A DNA stretch of 63,053 bases, the filler included, from Pelomyxa schiedti (Eukaryota > Protista > Evosea): the NCBI GenBank assembly GCA_020536535.1. It is 13 parts of 13 records of this genome, joined end to end, with 100 filler letters (N's around TTAATTAATTAA, not from the genome) between each part and the next. Parts side by side here need not be neighbours in the genome. Positions count along the whole stretch, not along the records: positions 44,350 to 52,281 come from JAHLWZ010001334.1; positions 52,382 to 55,976 come from JAHLWZ010001728.1; positions 56,077 to 58,263 come from JAHLWZ010002085.1; positions 58,364 to 63,053 come from JAHLWZ010000732.1; 9 more parts are not named here. One strand, 5' to 3'. The position numbers were made by a program, and so were the translations under genes. Below, one piece after another: positions 48,101 to 60,295 of this stretch. The number at the start of each line of letters is the position of its first letter. Position 1 is the first letter of the stretch. The notes beneath the pieces were generated by a model. It saw nothing but the letters and a program-made list of their open reading frames with translations, was not told where the DNA came from and made no database searches.

Positions 48101-49519
48101 ACTCCCTTTATTGAGGCTCCCCAAGTGCCTCTGCCTGTCCCACAGCCTCAAATGACATCAGCTGTCACACAACCACCTCAAATGACACCAGCTGTCACAC
48201 AGCCACTTCAAATCACACATGCCTCCCAGGTCCAGCTGCCCTTACAACTTGCCACAGTTCAGGCCTCTTCCTTAAGCAGTACAGTAATTCTGCATTGGCC
48301 GTCCCAAATCAGATTGCTGTGATTTGTGTTGGATGTACCACACACCGTCAGTGAACTGGTGTTGGTTTCTGTGGTGTTTAGTACATGGTGCGTTTGTGAT
48401 GAGAATGAGGCCTTCATTCTCAAAGGGCTCTGCCATTGGTATGCACTTTGTCTCCTGCTATTTAAGTTTGTTTTATTTCGTTTTCATATTCGTTTTCGTT
48501 TTTGTTTTGTTTGGTTTTGTTTTGTTTTTTATTCTTGTTCCCACATCCACAGGTCCATGAAGATAATGATGATGAGAAGCTGGCACTATGGTAGGTTTCC
48601 ATTTATCTTCTCTGTTTTTCTTTTTCGACTTCACATTTGATAACCAGGTGGTGTTTTAGATGCTAGTTGAGAGGCAGACAGGAGCAGGGAGATCTGAAGG
48701 CAGAAGCGGGCACGCACCCAGAAGAATGTGTGTGCAGCCCATTCGAGCAGTATTCCTCTTCTTCTTTGAGTTACCCAATATACTCAAGATCCTTTCCCGC
48801 ACTCAACCTGTATGTGAGAGTGCTGGCATCGGAGCCCACTGGTATGTTTCTTCTTTTCCTCGTTTCACCTTGTCCTACATGTACCATGGTAAATCACCCT
48901 CTCCCTTTTCATCGTCACCCCACTCAAACATAATAGGTACCCTCTGACTGACGCCGCCCAGGAGAATGGTGTGCAGCTCTGCTCTGAGTTTTCACTTTCA
49001 GTGTCCCCCCTGTATGCCCTCACTTCCACTCCAATCCTAATAAGCCCGAGGCACTCCAACCTCAGAATCACGACTTAAACCTCATAAATCGAAACAACAA
49101 ACAAACAAGCAACCATACGCTGATGTTGTCTTCTTGCTTGTTTCTGAAGTCTGAGAGTGTATTCGGCTCAGTGCTGGGCAATACTCATCATAAGTTGTTT
49201 TCAAGATTATCTGGATTGCACAGGAAACAGTGGTAGTCAGTGATTCTCAATTTTTTTGCGTCACTTTGGCCTAAACAGGACTTCTAAGAAGAGGGTTCTG
49301 TGAATGGCCATAATTAGCAGCAACTTGGCGCCCAATCATCAAAAAACCGGGCTCCCTGTGGCGAGGTGTCGCGTATGATCAAGGGGAAGCGCTATTCTAT
49401 TATTTTTATCTGTTGTTTAGCACCATAGCGACAATTAGTCACCATTAGTGCTTTAGCTCTTCAAAAGGCACTCGCCACACTCCCTTTCAAGGATTTTTTT
49501 TCATGAGATCAACTTGGTG

Positions 49520-50040
49520 AGGTGGTTTGCTCGGTGCAGTGCTGCGTGCCTGGCATTCTCGGAGGGCTGCAAGCCCTGCCTCAGGTTTGCTCTGGCTACT
49601 ACCTCATTGATGATACTGCATGTCCTTTGTCCTGACTCGGTGTGCTTCAGATGTGTAGTTCTCCAGCAGGAAGAGGTCTTCAGCCTGCATGCCAATAGAG
49701 TGCAACTTTTTGAAGATTCGAAGAAGCAAAGGGGAGCTGGCTTCATTGCAACCAAAGACAGGAGAGAAGTTGCAGACAACAATGGGCTTGTAGCCAGCGT
49801 CTACGGCCGCGTGCACGTGAACGTCAACAAAATGCTCAAAGCTGCAGCTACCTGGCAGGCCCTCCGTGAGGGGGATTATTTAATACGAAAATGACTGCAT
49901 CCATGGGGCACTTGGGCTTCGTTGTTCTCAACCACATTGCTGGGTAAACGTCAACCTTTGGTGTGTTGTTTGGCACTACACCATTGAGGAAGTCCACAAT
50001 CTTAAGCTTGGTGTAGGATCCATCCGACACTCCCCATGAC
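49520..50040 (-). pseudogene. Possible IFI44-like NTPase C-terminal remnant
   Basis: WGVSDGSY..FLNG, DAVIFVL and FLLENYTSE in broken frames; no P-loop seen. Confidence 0.3.
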
Positions 50041-50118
50041 ACAACAATTCGATTTTGAAGAAAAAAGAGGGAGCCGGCCGACAATCACAGTTTTCGTGAA
50101 ATCTGTAAAAAAATTTAA

Positions 50119-51070
50119 TTCCCTATCCCCTTGTAACTGGTCCTCGTACGCAATGCGTTGTGTGGCTTCAATGAAAGTGTGTCCATTGTGTTGTACAAGT
50201 CATTGCCAACAATTCACAGGAGCGAGAAGCCGAATCACTTCCGTTCCTGGGGAGAAAGAGGGTCCGGGAGGTTCATTGAGGTTCACAGAGGAAATCCAAA
50301 AAAAAAGATGGACCTCCTGGAAACCGATCCTGCGCCCTGTGGTTCTTTGGAGGACAAACCACGGCGCAAGTGAGTGAAAATAACCGAAACAAACTTGGTT
50401 GACAGGAAAGCGCAGTTTGTTGGTGGAAGCCCACAGAAACGTACCAAGCGCTTGTTGTGAAGCATTTTTGTTTTACTGGAGTGCAAAAGGGCAGCCCCTC
50501 CCTCATCAGAGAGATGATGAACCGAGTCTGTTAGGCGAAGACAGGACTTTTTTTCCTCCTTCGACACGGGAGCTCAGAAAACCACCGAATTGTGCTCTGT
50601 GACGTGGTGCGTTGTGACCACAGGACCACAAAGAGTTGTTTGCCACCAAGACCGGTGTTGCCGGAAACACGACAGCTGAAGAGGGAAAAAATAGTTTTTT
50701 TTTCGCAATCATCACTATGTCTGCGGCTGTGTGTCGTAAGCCCACCGAGTGTGTCCCATTTGAATGAATAGTACCAAGTGAGGAGGAGGACCCTCCAGCG
50801 AAAGTGCTGCAGACAAGGATTTGGGACTCGGTCCAGCCGGACAGGCTGGGAGGGTCTAGGATCGGTTTCCAGGAGGTCCATCTTTTTTTTTGGATTTCCT
50901 CTGTGAACCTCAATGAACCTCCCGGACCCTCTTTCTCCCCAGGAACGGAAGTGATTCGGCTTCTCGCTCCTGTGTATTGTTGGCAATGACTTGTACAACA
51001 CAATGGACACACTTTCGTTGAAGCCACACAACGCATTGCGTACGAGGACCAGTTACAAGGGGATAGGAAA
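50119..51070. mobile_element. 952-bp non-autonomous DNA transposon (MITE) with 213-bp TIRs and TAA target-site duplication
   Basis: 50119-50331 is the reverse complement of 50858-51070 (about 3 mismatches); TAA at 50116-50118 and 51071-51073. Confidence 0.85.
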
Positions 51071-51281
51071 TAATGCCTTCGTGGCAATTTTATCGGAATT
51101 TGATTTCAAGACGATTGTAATCAAAATTCCTTTTAATCGAATTGTTTTGTCATGTGACAGCTGTACAATGAACAGAAAACTTTTTTTCCCCCTCTGCGAG
51201 AAGAGGAACCACTCACACTTTATTGATTGAATCACACAAACCCACAGTATTTTTTCTGGAGTTGGGTACTCTCTCACATGA

Positions 51282-52281
51282 TCATACATTTGTCTTCTTT
51301 CTTCCGCACAACAGGCGGCGGTTGTCGTTCTTCATCACCAGGGCGTGGTGGCCGCGGAATTTCAACGCCAAAACGCTCAGAAAGCCAGAACACCATGGAG
51401 TTCCAATTCTGTGTGCGTTGTCAATGTCACTCTTGGAAGATATTTGACAAAGAGATATTTCGTAACATACATTGTGGTTTGGGTCGCCCTTTTGCAGTGA
51501 AACAATAAGTCCGGTCACATCAAAATCCTCCTTTGTGATTTTGTATGTGTCCAGGAGGTGTGCAGCCATTTCGGTGCTTTCACCTTCACAGGCATGCCTA
51601 TTAAATGTATATGCATTAGATAATTGAGTTTCGAAAATGCGGGAATTATACCGGAAGAGCGAGAATTCGTCAGAGAGTATCTCCTCCTTGGTGAACGAAA
51701 ATAATCCCTGGAGGTACTGAAGCATTTTGATGCCGTAGACAGAACTGTGAAGCAGATCAGTGTGATTTTTGAACCCCAGAACAAGGCAATACCTCAGGCA
51801 TTTGCACGCAAGGAATTCTTCTTTTGTTATCCCATAACTGGTTATCAGGTATTCTACAATTTCCACGCCACCGCAGAGTGCGTGCCTTTGATTGTGAGTT
51901 ATTATTCGGCAGTAAGTGCTTTGTGTGATGTACTTGAGGGCATCGTTTTGAAGGCAACAAACATCCTCCCTGGTCAGACCGAAAGTGGAAATCAGATATT
52001 CCAAAATCTCGCGGCGGCCGTTGCTGCATGCCAGCCTTTAGGAAATGAAGTGAGAAGTCTAAACTAATAATAGCGATTAGCGGAAAAGTACCTGAAACAC
52101 ATGCAGTCGTCTCTCCGAATGTCATCTGAGGTGATTCCGTAGTTCTGAATCAAAAATTTCAGCGACTTGAACTTGTTCTGAGCACAACATTGTTGGAGGA
52201 CCACGTTGCCATGAGACCGGATGTCTTCGGCAGTGATTCCAAACGTTTTGATTGCCCACTGGGAACAGTTCCAGAATTCCA
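51282..52281 (-). CDS. Ankyrin-like repeat protein, 5'-truncated, multi-exon
   Basis: Recurrent ACxxGxxE(I/M)xxYLxxxFG(I/L)TxE(D/E) repeats. Confidence 0.7.
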
Positions 52282-52381
52282 NNNNNNNNNNNNNNNNNNN
52301 NNNNNNNNNNNNNNNNNNNNNNNNNTTAATTAATTAANNNNNNNNNNNNNNNNNNNNNNNNNNNNNNNNNNNNNNNNNNNN

Positions 52382-52571
52382 CCCTGCCAAACTGCTCGAC
52401 TATCGACGGGGAAACAGAGAGGAGCCGCAGTGGAGACAGCGGCCTCGTCCTGGCCACAACTGATCCACAAGAAAACGCAACGAACTGGTCAGCAGCTGAT
52501 ACCACAACGTCGAGTGTCACTCGTGCTGTCGGTCTTGTAAGTGTTTCTTCCTTGCTTGGCGTTCCTCCCAT
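52382..52571 (-). CDS. Orphan family A protein N-terminus (MGGTPSK myristoylation-like), truncated
   Basis: RVTLDVVVSAADQFVAFSCGS..SPSIVEQFGR, close to the 43795 protein. Confidence 0.65.
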
Positions 52572-52628
52572 AGTTTTTCCGAGAAGTCCCTGACAGGAGT
52601 TTAACCAAGCGGCCCACGTTCCTTTTCG

Positions 52629-55008
52629 ATGGAAACGAACCAAAAAGACGGAGCAACCCACTCGGCAGACACAGAGAACAAACAACAGATCTTGGGGATC
52701 GCACAAGTCGTCTGGGAGCAAGTTGTGGTGCCGTGGGTGCTGCGGCCCGCGGTGGCTCGCCGCGAGTTGGGCAGCGAGCTCCAGCCCACGACTACGTCGT
52801 GCGTGCTGGCCACAGCGGAGGCCATGTTCCCCCTCGTGGCCCTGGCCTCCCGCGCCGTCGCCCTCTCGTCGACCTGCCGCGGGTCCCGGCACTACTCTGC
52901 CATCGAGGCGGCGGCAGCGTCGCTGAGCCCCAAGTGCGTGGCTTGGATGATCTCCCACAGGGACGGTTGGGACGAGAGGGAGGGAGCACTTGCAGGACGA
53001 GGAGACGGAGAAAAGAGGGGTAAGGAGGGGGGCAGGCGAAAGGCCAGGGAGCAGGTGGCTGTGCTGGCCGGCCTGTGTGGGGCTGGACACTTGCAGATGG
53101 CGCAGAGGTTTGTGGAAAGTGGGTTTGAGAGTTATGGGGAAGATACAAGCAAAATCCCACTGTGGTCAACACACAGTGGAGACCATGACCCAGAGACAGA
53201 GAAAGTTTGCTTTGTCCTTATTTCTTCCTTTTTAGAATTCGGTTTGTAGATAATTTAAACAAACAGTACCGATTATTTAGGTGAATATTCAACTCACGTT
53301 TTTTTTTTTCACTTCTCTTTATTAATTACACTATTGTCTGACTGGAGAAAAAGGGCACAATGCAGTTGCGTCCTCACACAGGCCTGGAGGAGGGAACTGA
53401 TCTTGCTGATGAATTTTTGAGTAACAGGGGAATATTCCACATCATGGAACAAGTCTGCAAAAACGGGCACCTGGGTGTGTTGAAGTGGGTTGTGTCTGCA
53501 TTATTCCAAATCCACTACAGTGACAAGATGATGCTGGGATCGTGCCTCTGTACAGCAACAAGAAACGGGCACCTCCACATCATCAAGTGGTTTCTGGACA
53601 CGTTTGGGTTTGAGTTTGGTGCCATTGATGCCAAACTCCAGCTTAAGAATGGTGTGTCTGATGTGAAATCCTTTGTGGAGGGCTTCCCACACTGGAAGTA
53701 TCTTGAGGAGATGGCAAAATGTGTTGCTCTGGCTGAGGGTGCTTCTACTGATGAGATCATCGAAGTCTGCAAGTGGCTGAGCAATCGCTTTTCCATCCCT
53801 GAAGTGGATTTCCTTTCCTGGGAACTGCCAAATCATCACAATTTGATAAAGTGGGCACTCTCTGGCGAAGACAAATGTGAGTATTGGTGGAGGCTTTCAT
53901 GCAGTGACTGCGGGGATGTGGAGCTGGGAAAGTGGTTTGTGGAGGAAAAGGGTGTAGTGCCACAATCAAGGGACTTGGTTTCGGCCTGCTCAGGCAGGCA
54001 TGACAACGTTGTATTTGTTGAGTGGTTGTTTAAGCAAGTGGTGTCCAGTGGATTGCTGAGTTACGAGGATTTGGTGCTCTCTCTCCACAACGCACTGGCA
54101 ACTCAGAAGGAACTGATTTCTCAGTGGTTGGAGAAGTACTTATTCAGCAGTACCAACGCAAGGCCAAAAGTTTCTCTGCTTCGGCTATTCCAATGCAATA
54201 GTAATATCAGGGAAGACTGGTTTGAGTGGCTGTTCACTCACCATTCGTGCTCCTGTGACATTGACTGCAGCCAAGATGAGGTGGTCAATGTGGTTACGTA
54301 TTCACTATACCCAGCCTTCCGCCACCACAACTTGAGTCTCACTCTCGCTGTACTCAAGAAGTTCCCTTTGAACCCTGCTGTTCATCACAATCTTTTTCTC
54401 CGTTTACTCAAGAAATGTGTGGAATCCCAAGTTCTGTACCACGTCAAAGAGGTACTGTCTCTTGCAGATTTCTCCCAGTCAGAAATGGACAAGTGCCTCG
54501 ACATTTGCAGCTCCAATCCACTCTCAAGCAAAGTTGCCAAGTGCTTGACAATTTACTACACCTGCACAATACCACACAGTGTGAAAGCACTGCAACTGAC
54601 CATCAAAATGTTCATTGGGTTGCTTTCCAACAACAAACGTGGTTGTGCAGAGTGGCTCTTCCATTTGTTTGGCAGCTACATCTCACTTCCTCTTGTATGT
54701 CCATTTCCAATTCTTCCAAACTTCAAACAAACACACAGGTACAGGAGCGTGCACCTGATGATTTATCATCTCAAGTTGACTTGGCCACATGGAAAATGAT
54801 GTTGAGGCTGTTCCCAAACATCAACAGGGAAGTAACCATCCAGTTCTTCATGAAAGTTGGAGCAGCAACGGCACTGCACGCCCAGTACACCATGAGCAGG
54901 CTTGGGCTCACTCTTGATGACATTGCACACTTCTGTCACGAGCACTCTGAGACCACACCAGAGGCACTCAGGTGGATACAGGCCCAACGCCTTTTACAGA
55001 TAGACTAG
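52629..55008 (+). CDS. Orphan family B protein with ankyrin-like repeats (two introns)
   Basis: QVVWEQVVVPW..AEAMFPLVALAS..GLCGAGHL..CKNGHLGVLKW..RNGHLHIIKW. Confidence 0.75.
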
Positions 55009-55165
55009 GAAAAAAATTGGGACTTGGGGAAAGAACTAACTTAGTGACAACAAGGAAACACACATGAACACTATCGTGTTGCAGTGGTGTTAGAAGACGT
55101 CTCACTACAGACTGACCAGGCATTTCCGGTGTGTTGATTATTTTTCTTCCTTGATCACTTCAAAA

Positions 55166-55976
55166 ATGAGTACTGACAAGGCTGCCAATGTAGACACTTC
55201 CACAACGTCATCAACGGCAATAATAAAATCGGAAATGAAACAGCGGATCTTGGTGATCTCGCGCGTCGTTTGGGAGCAAGTTGTGGAGCCGTGGGTGCTG
55301 CGCCCGGCCATCGCGCGGCGCAAGACTGACCGCGGGCTCCCGCGCCCCGTGGTGTCGTGCGTGTTCGCCACGGCCGAGGCCATGTTCCCCCTGGTGGCCC
55401 TGGCCTCCCGCGCCATGCTGTCCTCGCTGGCGTGGGGCACCAGGCTGTGCAACTCGGCGCACTACCGCATCGTCGAGGACGCCGCCTCCGCGCCGAGCCC
55501 CAGGTGCCTCGCGTGGATAATCGCGAGGAGGATCAGGTCGTCGTCGTCGCCCTCCCACAATGTGGACTGGGGGGAGCCGTCGACGGGGATAGGGAGGGCA
55601 GCAAGGCTTGCGAGGAAGAAAGCCAGGGAGCAGGTTGCTGTGCTGAGGGGGCTGTGCATGGGCGGGCACCTGGTGATGGCCCAGAGGTTTGTGGAGAATG
55701 GGCTTGAGTGCTGGCCAGTGGATTTAGCAGAAAGGGAAGGGGATAAGTCCGGGGAAACATTGCAAGGAGGAAAAAGGTTTTGGGCCTTGGGGGAAGAAAC
55801 CACATCCACCAAGGAAGATGAAGATGAAGATTCAGAGGTGTGTATATTTGCTTTATTTGTTTTATTTGTTTGTACAAGCAAGCATAACTGGTTGGGGACA
55901 GGTTGAAGCGTCAGTACCAGGTGGCACTTCTAAAAGCCCTTTGGATCAAGGAACAGCACTGGGTGACGAATTCTGG
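55166..55976 (+). CDS. Orphan family B tandem paralogue, 3'-truncated
   Basis: SRVVWEQVVEPW..AEAMFPLVALAS..GLCMGGHL. Confidence 0.72.
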
Positions 55977-56076
55977 NNNNNNNNNNNNNNNNNNNNNNNN
56001 NNNNNNNNNNNNNNNNNNNNTTAATTAATTAANNNNNNNNNNNNNNNNNNNNNNNNNNNNNNNNNNNNNNNNNNNN

Positions 56077-56384
56077 GACTCCACGCGGTACCCGCACGCC
56101 GTGGCGCCGCCGGGGAGCCCCACCGTCATGACACCCCCCACGCACCGCGGCAGAGACACAACCGCTGGGCTCGGAGGGGGAGATGGAGAGGGAGAGGACG
56201 AGGACGAGGATGGGAGGAGGAGCCAGTGGGTCACGAGGGAGGTGTGGGCGACCAGGCACCCGACGACGTGCACGCGGACAGAGGCCCCAACCAGGGAGGG
56301 GGCAGGGCCCGGGCCCGGGCCGCAGCTGCTGTAGTCGCCGTCAGGCACGAGCACCAGTGACACAATACCCCGGCTCTGGTTCAT
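56077..56384 (-). CDS. Hypothetical protein, possibly family A-related, truncated
   Basis: GC-rich ATG-initiated ORF in tandem with family A genes; motif match weak. Confidence 0.3.
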
Positions 56385-56477
56385 GCGAATCTACGCGTTT
56401 TTTTTTTCTTTTTGTGTAAAGAAAAACTGAAGATCATCTCTCATGGAGAAAGGAAAATTCTCTTTTTGGTGGTGTCC

Positions 56478-57668
56478 TCACTCAACAAACACGTTTCCAA
56501 CACAGTGGAGGCGTGACTTGTGAGAAGTGGACTTGAGAGTGAAAATGAACACACCAGAGGCAGGGTCAACCACATGTGTTTGAGAAGCTTCATCCACAAC
56601 AAGGAGGTTTCCACCTTCCTTCAGGTTGACTGGGTTGCAACCATCATACTTTGGAAGTGAGATCACTGTTGGTTGCTCTGCCTTTGCACTCACAGAGAAA
56701 TCCCATGATTCACACTGGTTGGGCTGGTCACGAGTCTGTGAAATCCAGAAGTTTTCAAGGAACAAGTTGTTGGAAGGGTTGCTGCAGAGTAACTTCAACT
56801 CGCCACTCTTCAGAATCTCATAGACAACTCCCCTCGAAAACATCATCACCCTTTTGGACGGCCAGAAGCAATGGGCATAGGACAGTTGTTTTGGGCGCAC
56901 AACCTTCACGGAATCCACAGCAGCCATCACACCACTCTCAAACATCCTCCTCATGTCAAACAGGCGGAAAACGCACCACTCAGCCCCCAGGCTCCGCATG
57001 TCAAAAAACCTGTCACCAACCAACTTCCCAAAATAGAAGGCATCTGCATCGCCCCTCGTTCCCATCCCCCTGAATGGCGTCACAGTCCTGGGCCCAGTCA
57101 CTACCAGCGAGCCACCCCTCCTGTCCCCATCCCTGGCGCCATTCCCACAATCCACCCCCACGCGCCACATCTTCCAATCTCCGGGGTCCAAGATCCACTC
57201 CCCGCGGCACTCGAAGCGCATCAGAGACAGCCCCACGAGCCCCCGCACCTCGGCCCGCTGCCCGGTGCCCACGTCCAGCACCTCCGAGTGCCTGCCGCTC
57301 CCGAGGTCCGGCGGGACCACGCAGCGCGTGCCCGTCATCCACGAGGGAGACGCCCCCATCGCCGTGGCGGGCCCGCCGGGCATCTGGTGCTTGTGCCTCA
57401 GCGGGGGGTCCGTGACGCCCATCGTGGCGAGGGACACTCCCACGGATACCGAGGCGCCGAGGGTGTGGGACTCCAATACCACGAGCCCTGCGGACCACGA
57501 CTCGTGGAGGGACGCCACGAGCAGCGGGGCCGAGGTGGTGAGTGCGGCCGCGGGGCTGAGTCGGCCGCACCTTGCGTGCGATGACACCATCAGTGCAACG
57601 AATTGGTCGCGGTATCGCAAGTGTGGCTCAATCGCCCACACAACAGGCCGGCTCATTCTGTTCATCAC
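56478..57668 (-). CDS. Orphan family A protein, intronless
   Basis: YRDQFVAL..SHARCGRLSP..GVSLATMGV..FDMRRMFESG..ESWDF..VVDPASG. Confidence 0.75.
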   Translation of the reverse strand: MMNRMSRPVVWAIEPHLRYRDQFVALMVSSHARCGRLSPAAALTTSAPLLVASLHESWSAGLVVLESHTLGASVSVGVSLATMGVTDPPLRHKHQMPGGPATAMGASPSWMTGTRCVVPPDLGSGRHSEVLDVGTGQRAEVRGLVGLSLMRFECRGEWILDPGDWKMWRVGVDCGNGARDGDRRGGSLVVTGPRTVTPFRGMGTRGDADAFYFGKLVGDRFFDMRSLGAEWCVFRLFDMRRMFESGVMAAVDSVKVVRPKQLSYAHCFWPSKRVMMFSRGVVYEILKSGELKLLCSNPSNNLFLENFWISQTRDQPNQCESWDFSVSAKAEQPTVISLPKYDGCNPVNLKEGGNLLVVDEASQTHVVDPASGVFIFTLKSTSHKSRLHCVGNVFVE

Positions 57669-57741
57669 GGAGTTTGATCGGTTCTGGGAAAACTTGGAAA
57701 ATGGATGACTGAGGACAGGGACACATCACCATCTTTCCCAA

Positions 57742-58263
57742 CTAATAGAACATATTATTGTGGAGGCAGTGGAGGGGATGTAAAGGGTGAGAAGGGGACC
57801 AGAGAGTGAAAATGAACGCACCAGAGGTAGGGTCTACCACATGAACTTTAGAAGCTTCCTCCACAACGAGGCTGTCACCCACACACCCCAGGTGGACTGG
57901 GTTGTTAACATCACACACTGGAAGTGAGATCACTTGCGGGTGGTCTCCTGTTGCAGTGCAAGAGAAATCCCATGATTCACACTGATTGGGCTGATCCTTG
58001 CTCTGTGAAATCCAGAAGTTTTCAAGGAATAAGTTGTGGTGAGGGTTTTTGCAGAGTAGCTTCAATTCACCACCCTTCAGAAGCTCATAGTAAGCGCCCT
58101 TTGATTGCACCATCACTCTTTTTGACGCCCAGAAGCAGTGGGCAATCGGGGAGACCAAAGCTCTTGGAATAGGAACCCTCACAGTATCCACAGGCACCAT
58201 CACACCGCTGTCAAACATCCTCTCCATGTCAAACAAGTGGAACACACGCACGGCACCCCCCCC
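57742..58263 (-). CDS. Orphan family A tandem paralogue, 5'-truncated
   Basis: Close match to the C-terminal half of the 56478 protein (NLFLENFWISQ..QPNQCESWDFS). Confidence 0.7.
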   Translation of the reverse strand, partial: GGGAVRVFHLFDMERMFDSGVMVPVDTVRVPIPRALVSPIAHCFWASKRVMVQSKGAYYELLKGGELKLLCKNPHHNLFLENFWISQSKDQPNQCESWDFSCTATGDHPQVISLPVCDVNNPVHLGCVGDSLVVEEASKVHVVDPTSGAFIFTLWSPSHPLHPLHCLHNNMFY

Positions 58264-58363
58264 NNNNNNNNNNNNNNNNNNNNNNNNNNNNNNNNNNNNN
58301 NNNNNNNTTAATTAATTAANNNNNNNNNNNNNNNNNNNNNNNNNNNNNNNNNNNNNNNNNNNN

Positions 58364-59437
58364 GCTGGACACCCTGCCGCGCGTCAAGAGCACTTGTGGG
58401 TCCATCCAGGCCACCAAGAGCGGCCTCAATTTCACGGTCAAGGCCTCTGCTTATCTGGTCGACGCCTACGTGGAATCCGACGCGTTGTTGGTTCCAATTT
58501 ACGTGCCTGGAGACGACCAGATAGTATCCATCAACTTGGCAGAATTGATAGAGTCACTAGATGTATGTGCATTGATTAATATGTGTGGTACCACATATTT
58601 TGTTTATGGCCATGCATTGAATTGTGCTGAATTCTCTCTAGATGATGCCGCTCTCTGAGAACGACCCTGAAGTAGTGCTGATCTACCAAATAAAGAAAAG
58701 GGTTCTCATGTCTATAAGGCCAAAGGAATCACCTGCAAGTTGTCACTTCTCGTTCGCTCTCCTGTCTGTCCCGGATGAGGACGCAATGATGCGGGCTCCG
58801 TTCTGTCCAGGCGGCACAGTGAACTCCTTTACCATTCCTGGTTCAACACTGCACAACGCCCTTTCAGGCCTTGATCTCACATGTCCATGTGACATCCAAT
58901 TGCACATCGCTCCGCCCTCAAAATGCTTCCTCACAGAAGAAAGTCCCTCTGGTGCAGCGACTATGAATTTCACCAAGGCAGTTGAGTATGAGCCCGAATT
59001 CACTCAAACGCAAATTTGTACTTACAAAGCTCCGCAAATGAAAGCACTAATCAAGGCATTGCAGGTTTTTTTTCCTCCCCAAAAACACACAAAAAAAAAC
59101 CTCTCTAATAAACACCAAAGATTGCAGGGAAAGTGACAATTTCAACAGATAACAAGGGACTTATGTCAGTTCATATTTCCCTCCTGTGCCAAAACATTCT
59201 CCTTTCCCACATCTACAACACCTTCCATTTGCTGCCATACATTGACGAGAACGATGACATGGCTCCACCATCACACCATTGACTCCATTCCATGCTGCAT
59301 TCACCTCTACGATAAAACCTTTATCATCCTGTGTAAATAGAGACTTTTTCAAAAATTTGATTGAAAACATTTTTATTCTTAGCAACTCTTGGGGCAAGCA
59401 CTGCAAATCCAGTATGTTGGTTTCTTTGAATAAGTAA
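58364..59437 (+). CDS. RAD1: RAD1 (9-1-1 checkpoint clamp subunit), 5'-truncated, multi-exon; 3' end approximate
   Basis: ATKSGLNFTVKA..DAYV; INLAELIESL; KALQ/IAGKVTISTDNKGLMSV matches Rad1 KALxxxxKVxIxTDxxGxLS. Confidence 0.72.
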
Positions 59438-60295
59438 GAGTGTAGTTCCCACTTTAGATCAGGTGGCCATCATATGCACTGGAATTCTGGGTGGAACCTT
59501 TCCAGAATACAGCATGAAGGGAGGTAAAAATTTCTGACCTCTTCACAGAGAATTGTGCGGAAGTACTTGAGAAATCAAGATCTTCTAAGGAGTTCGAGTA
59601 AGAATCAGATGAGTACTGGAAAGGTTCCGCGGAAGTGACTTCAACAGTGGTTTTGCACTGCAGACAATTCCTTTGTTGAATAGTTCGGCTGTTCTTGAAG
59701 TGATGTAGTAGTCATTGACCGAAGTAGGCTCTTTCTAGGTAATGGGCTTTTTCCAGTCGTGAATGCCACCTACATTATTTTTGTAGAAGATCTAGATAAA
59801 TTCCGGCTGTCAGTCTTCACCCTCTTGGGATCTATAAGCGAACAATAAGGAAAGTGTGTATCGAAACGAAATGAGAATCATTCTTGGTTTTTGGCAAAAA
59901 TATAAATAGCCAATGACAAGGGTCTGTAGTGCCTGCCAATGGTCACAATGGTCATCCTTCCAGCAAAAAAAAAAATACCTATGAACTGTATCGCAGAATA
60001 AAGGTACAGGTGTAGCTGCCCAAGTAGTTGTCAGTCCAACGTGGGGGATTGGACAAGAAGTGGGGAGTGTGTGTTGCAGTGTTGCCGACAATCCACCACT
60101 TGTCCATCACCACGGAAGAGACAGTAAAACAACTGTGCGGCTCCAAAGTCTACTTTCGCATTGTTTTGACACGCAACGACCAACCGGCACAATACTCGTT
60201 AACAGATCTTAATTACTTTTAAATTTTAACATTACTGTACTGGTAGTTGGTGTGGCTGAAATGGCACAATGCAACACTCTGCAAGAAAAACCAAG

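Noticed and set aside
59440-60200. HUS1 between RAD1 and RAD9
   Set aside because: Only short, broken minus-strand frames with no PCNA-fold motifs; too small
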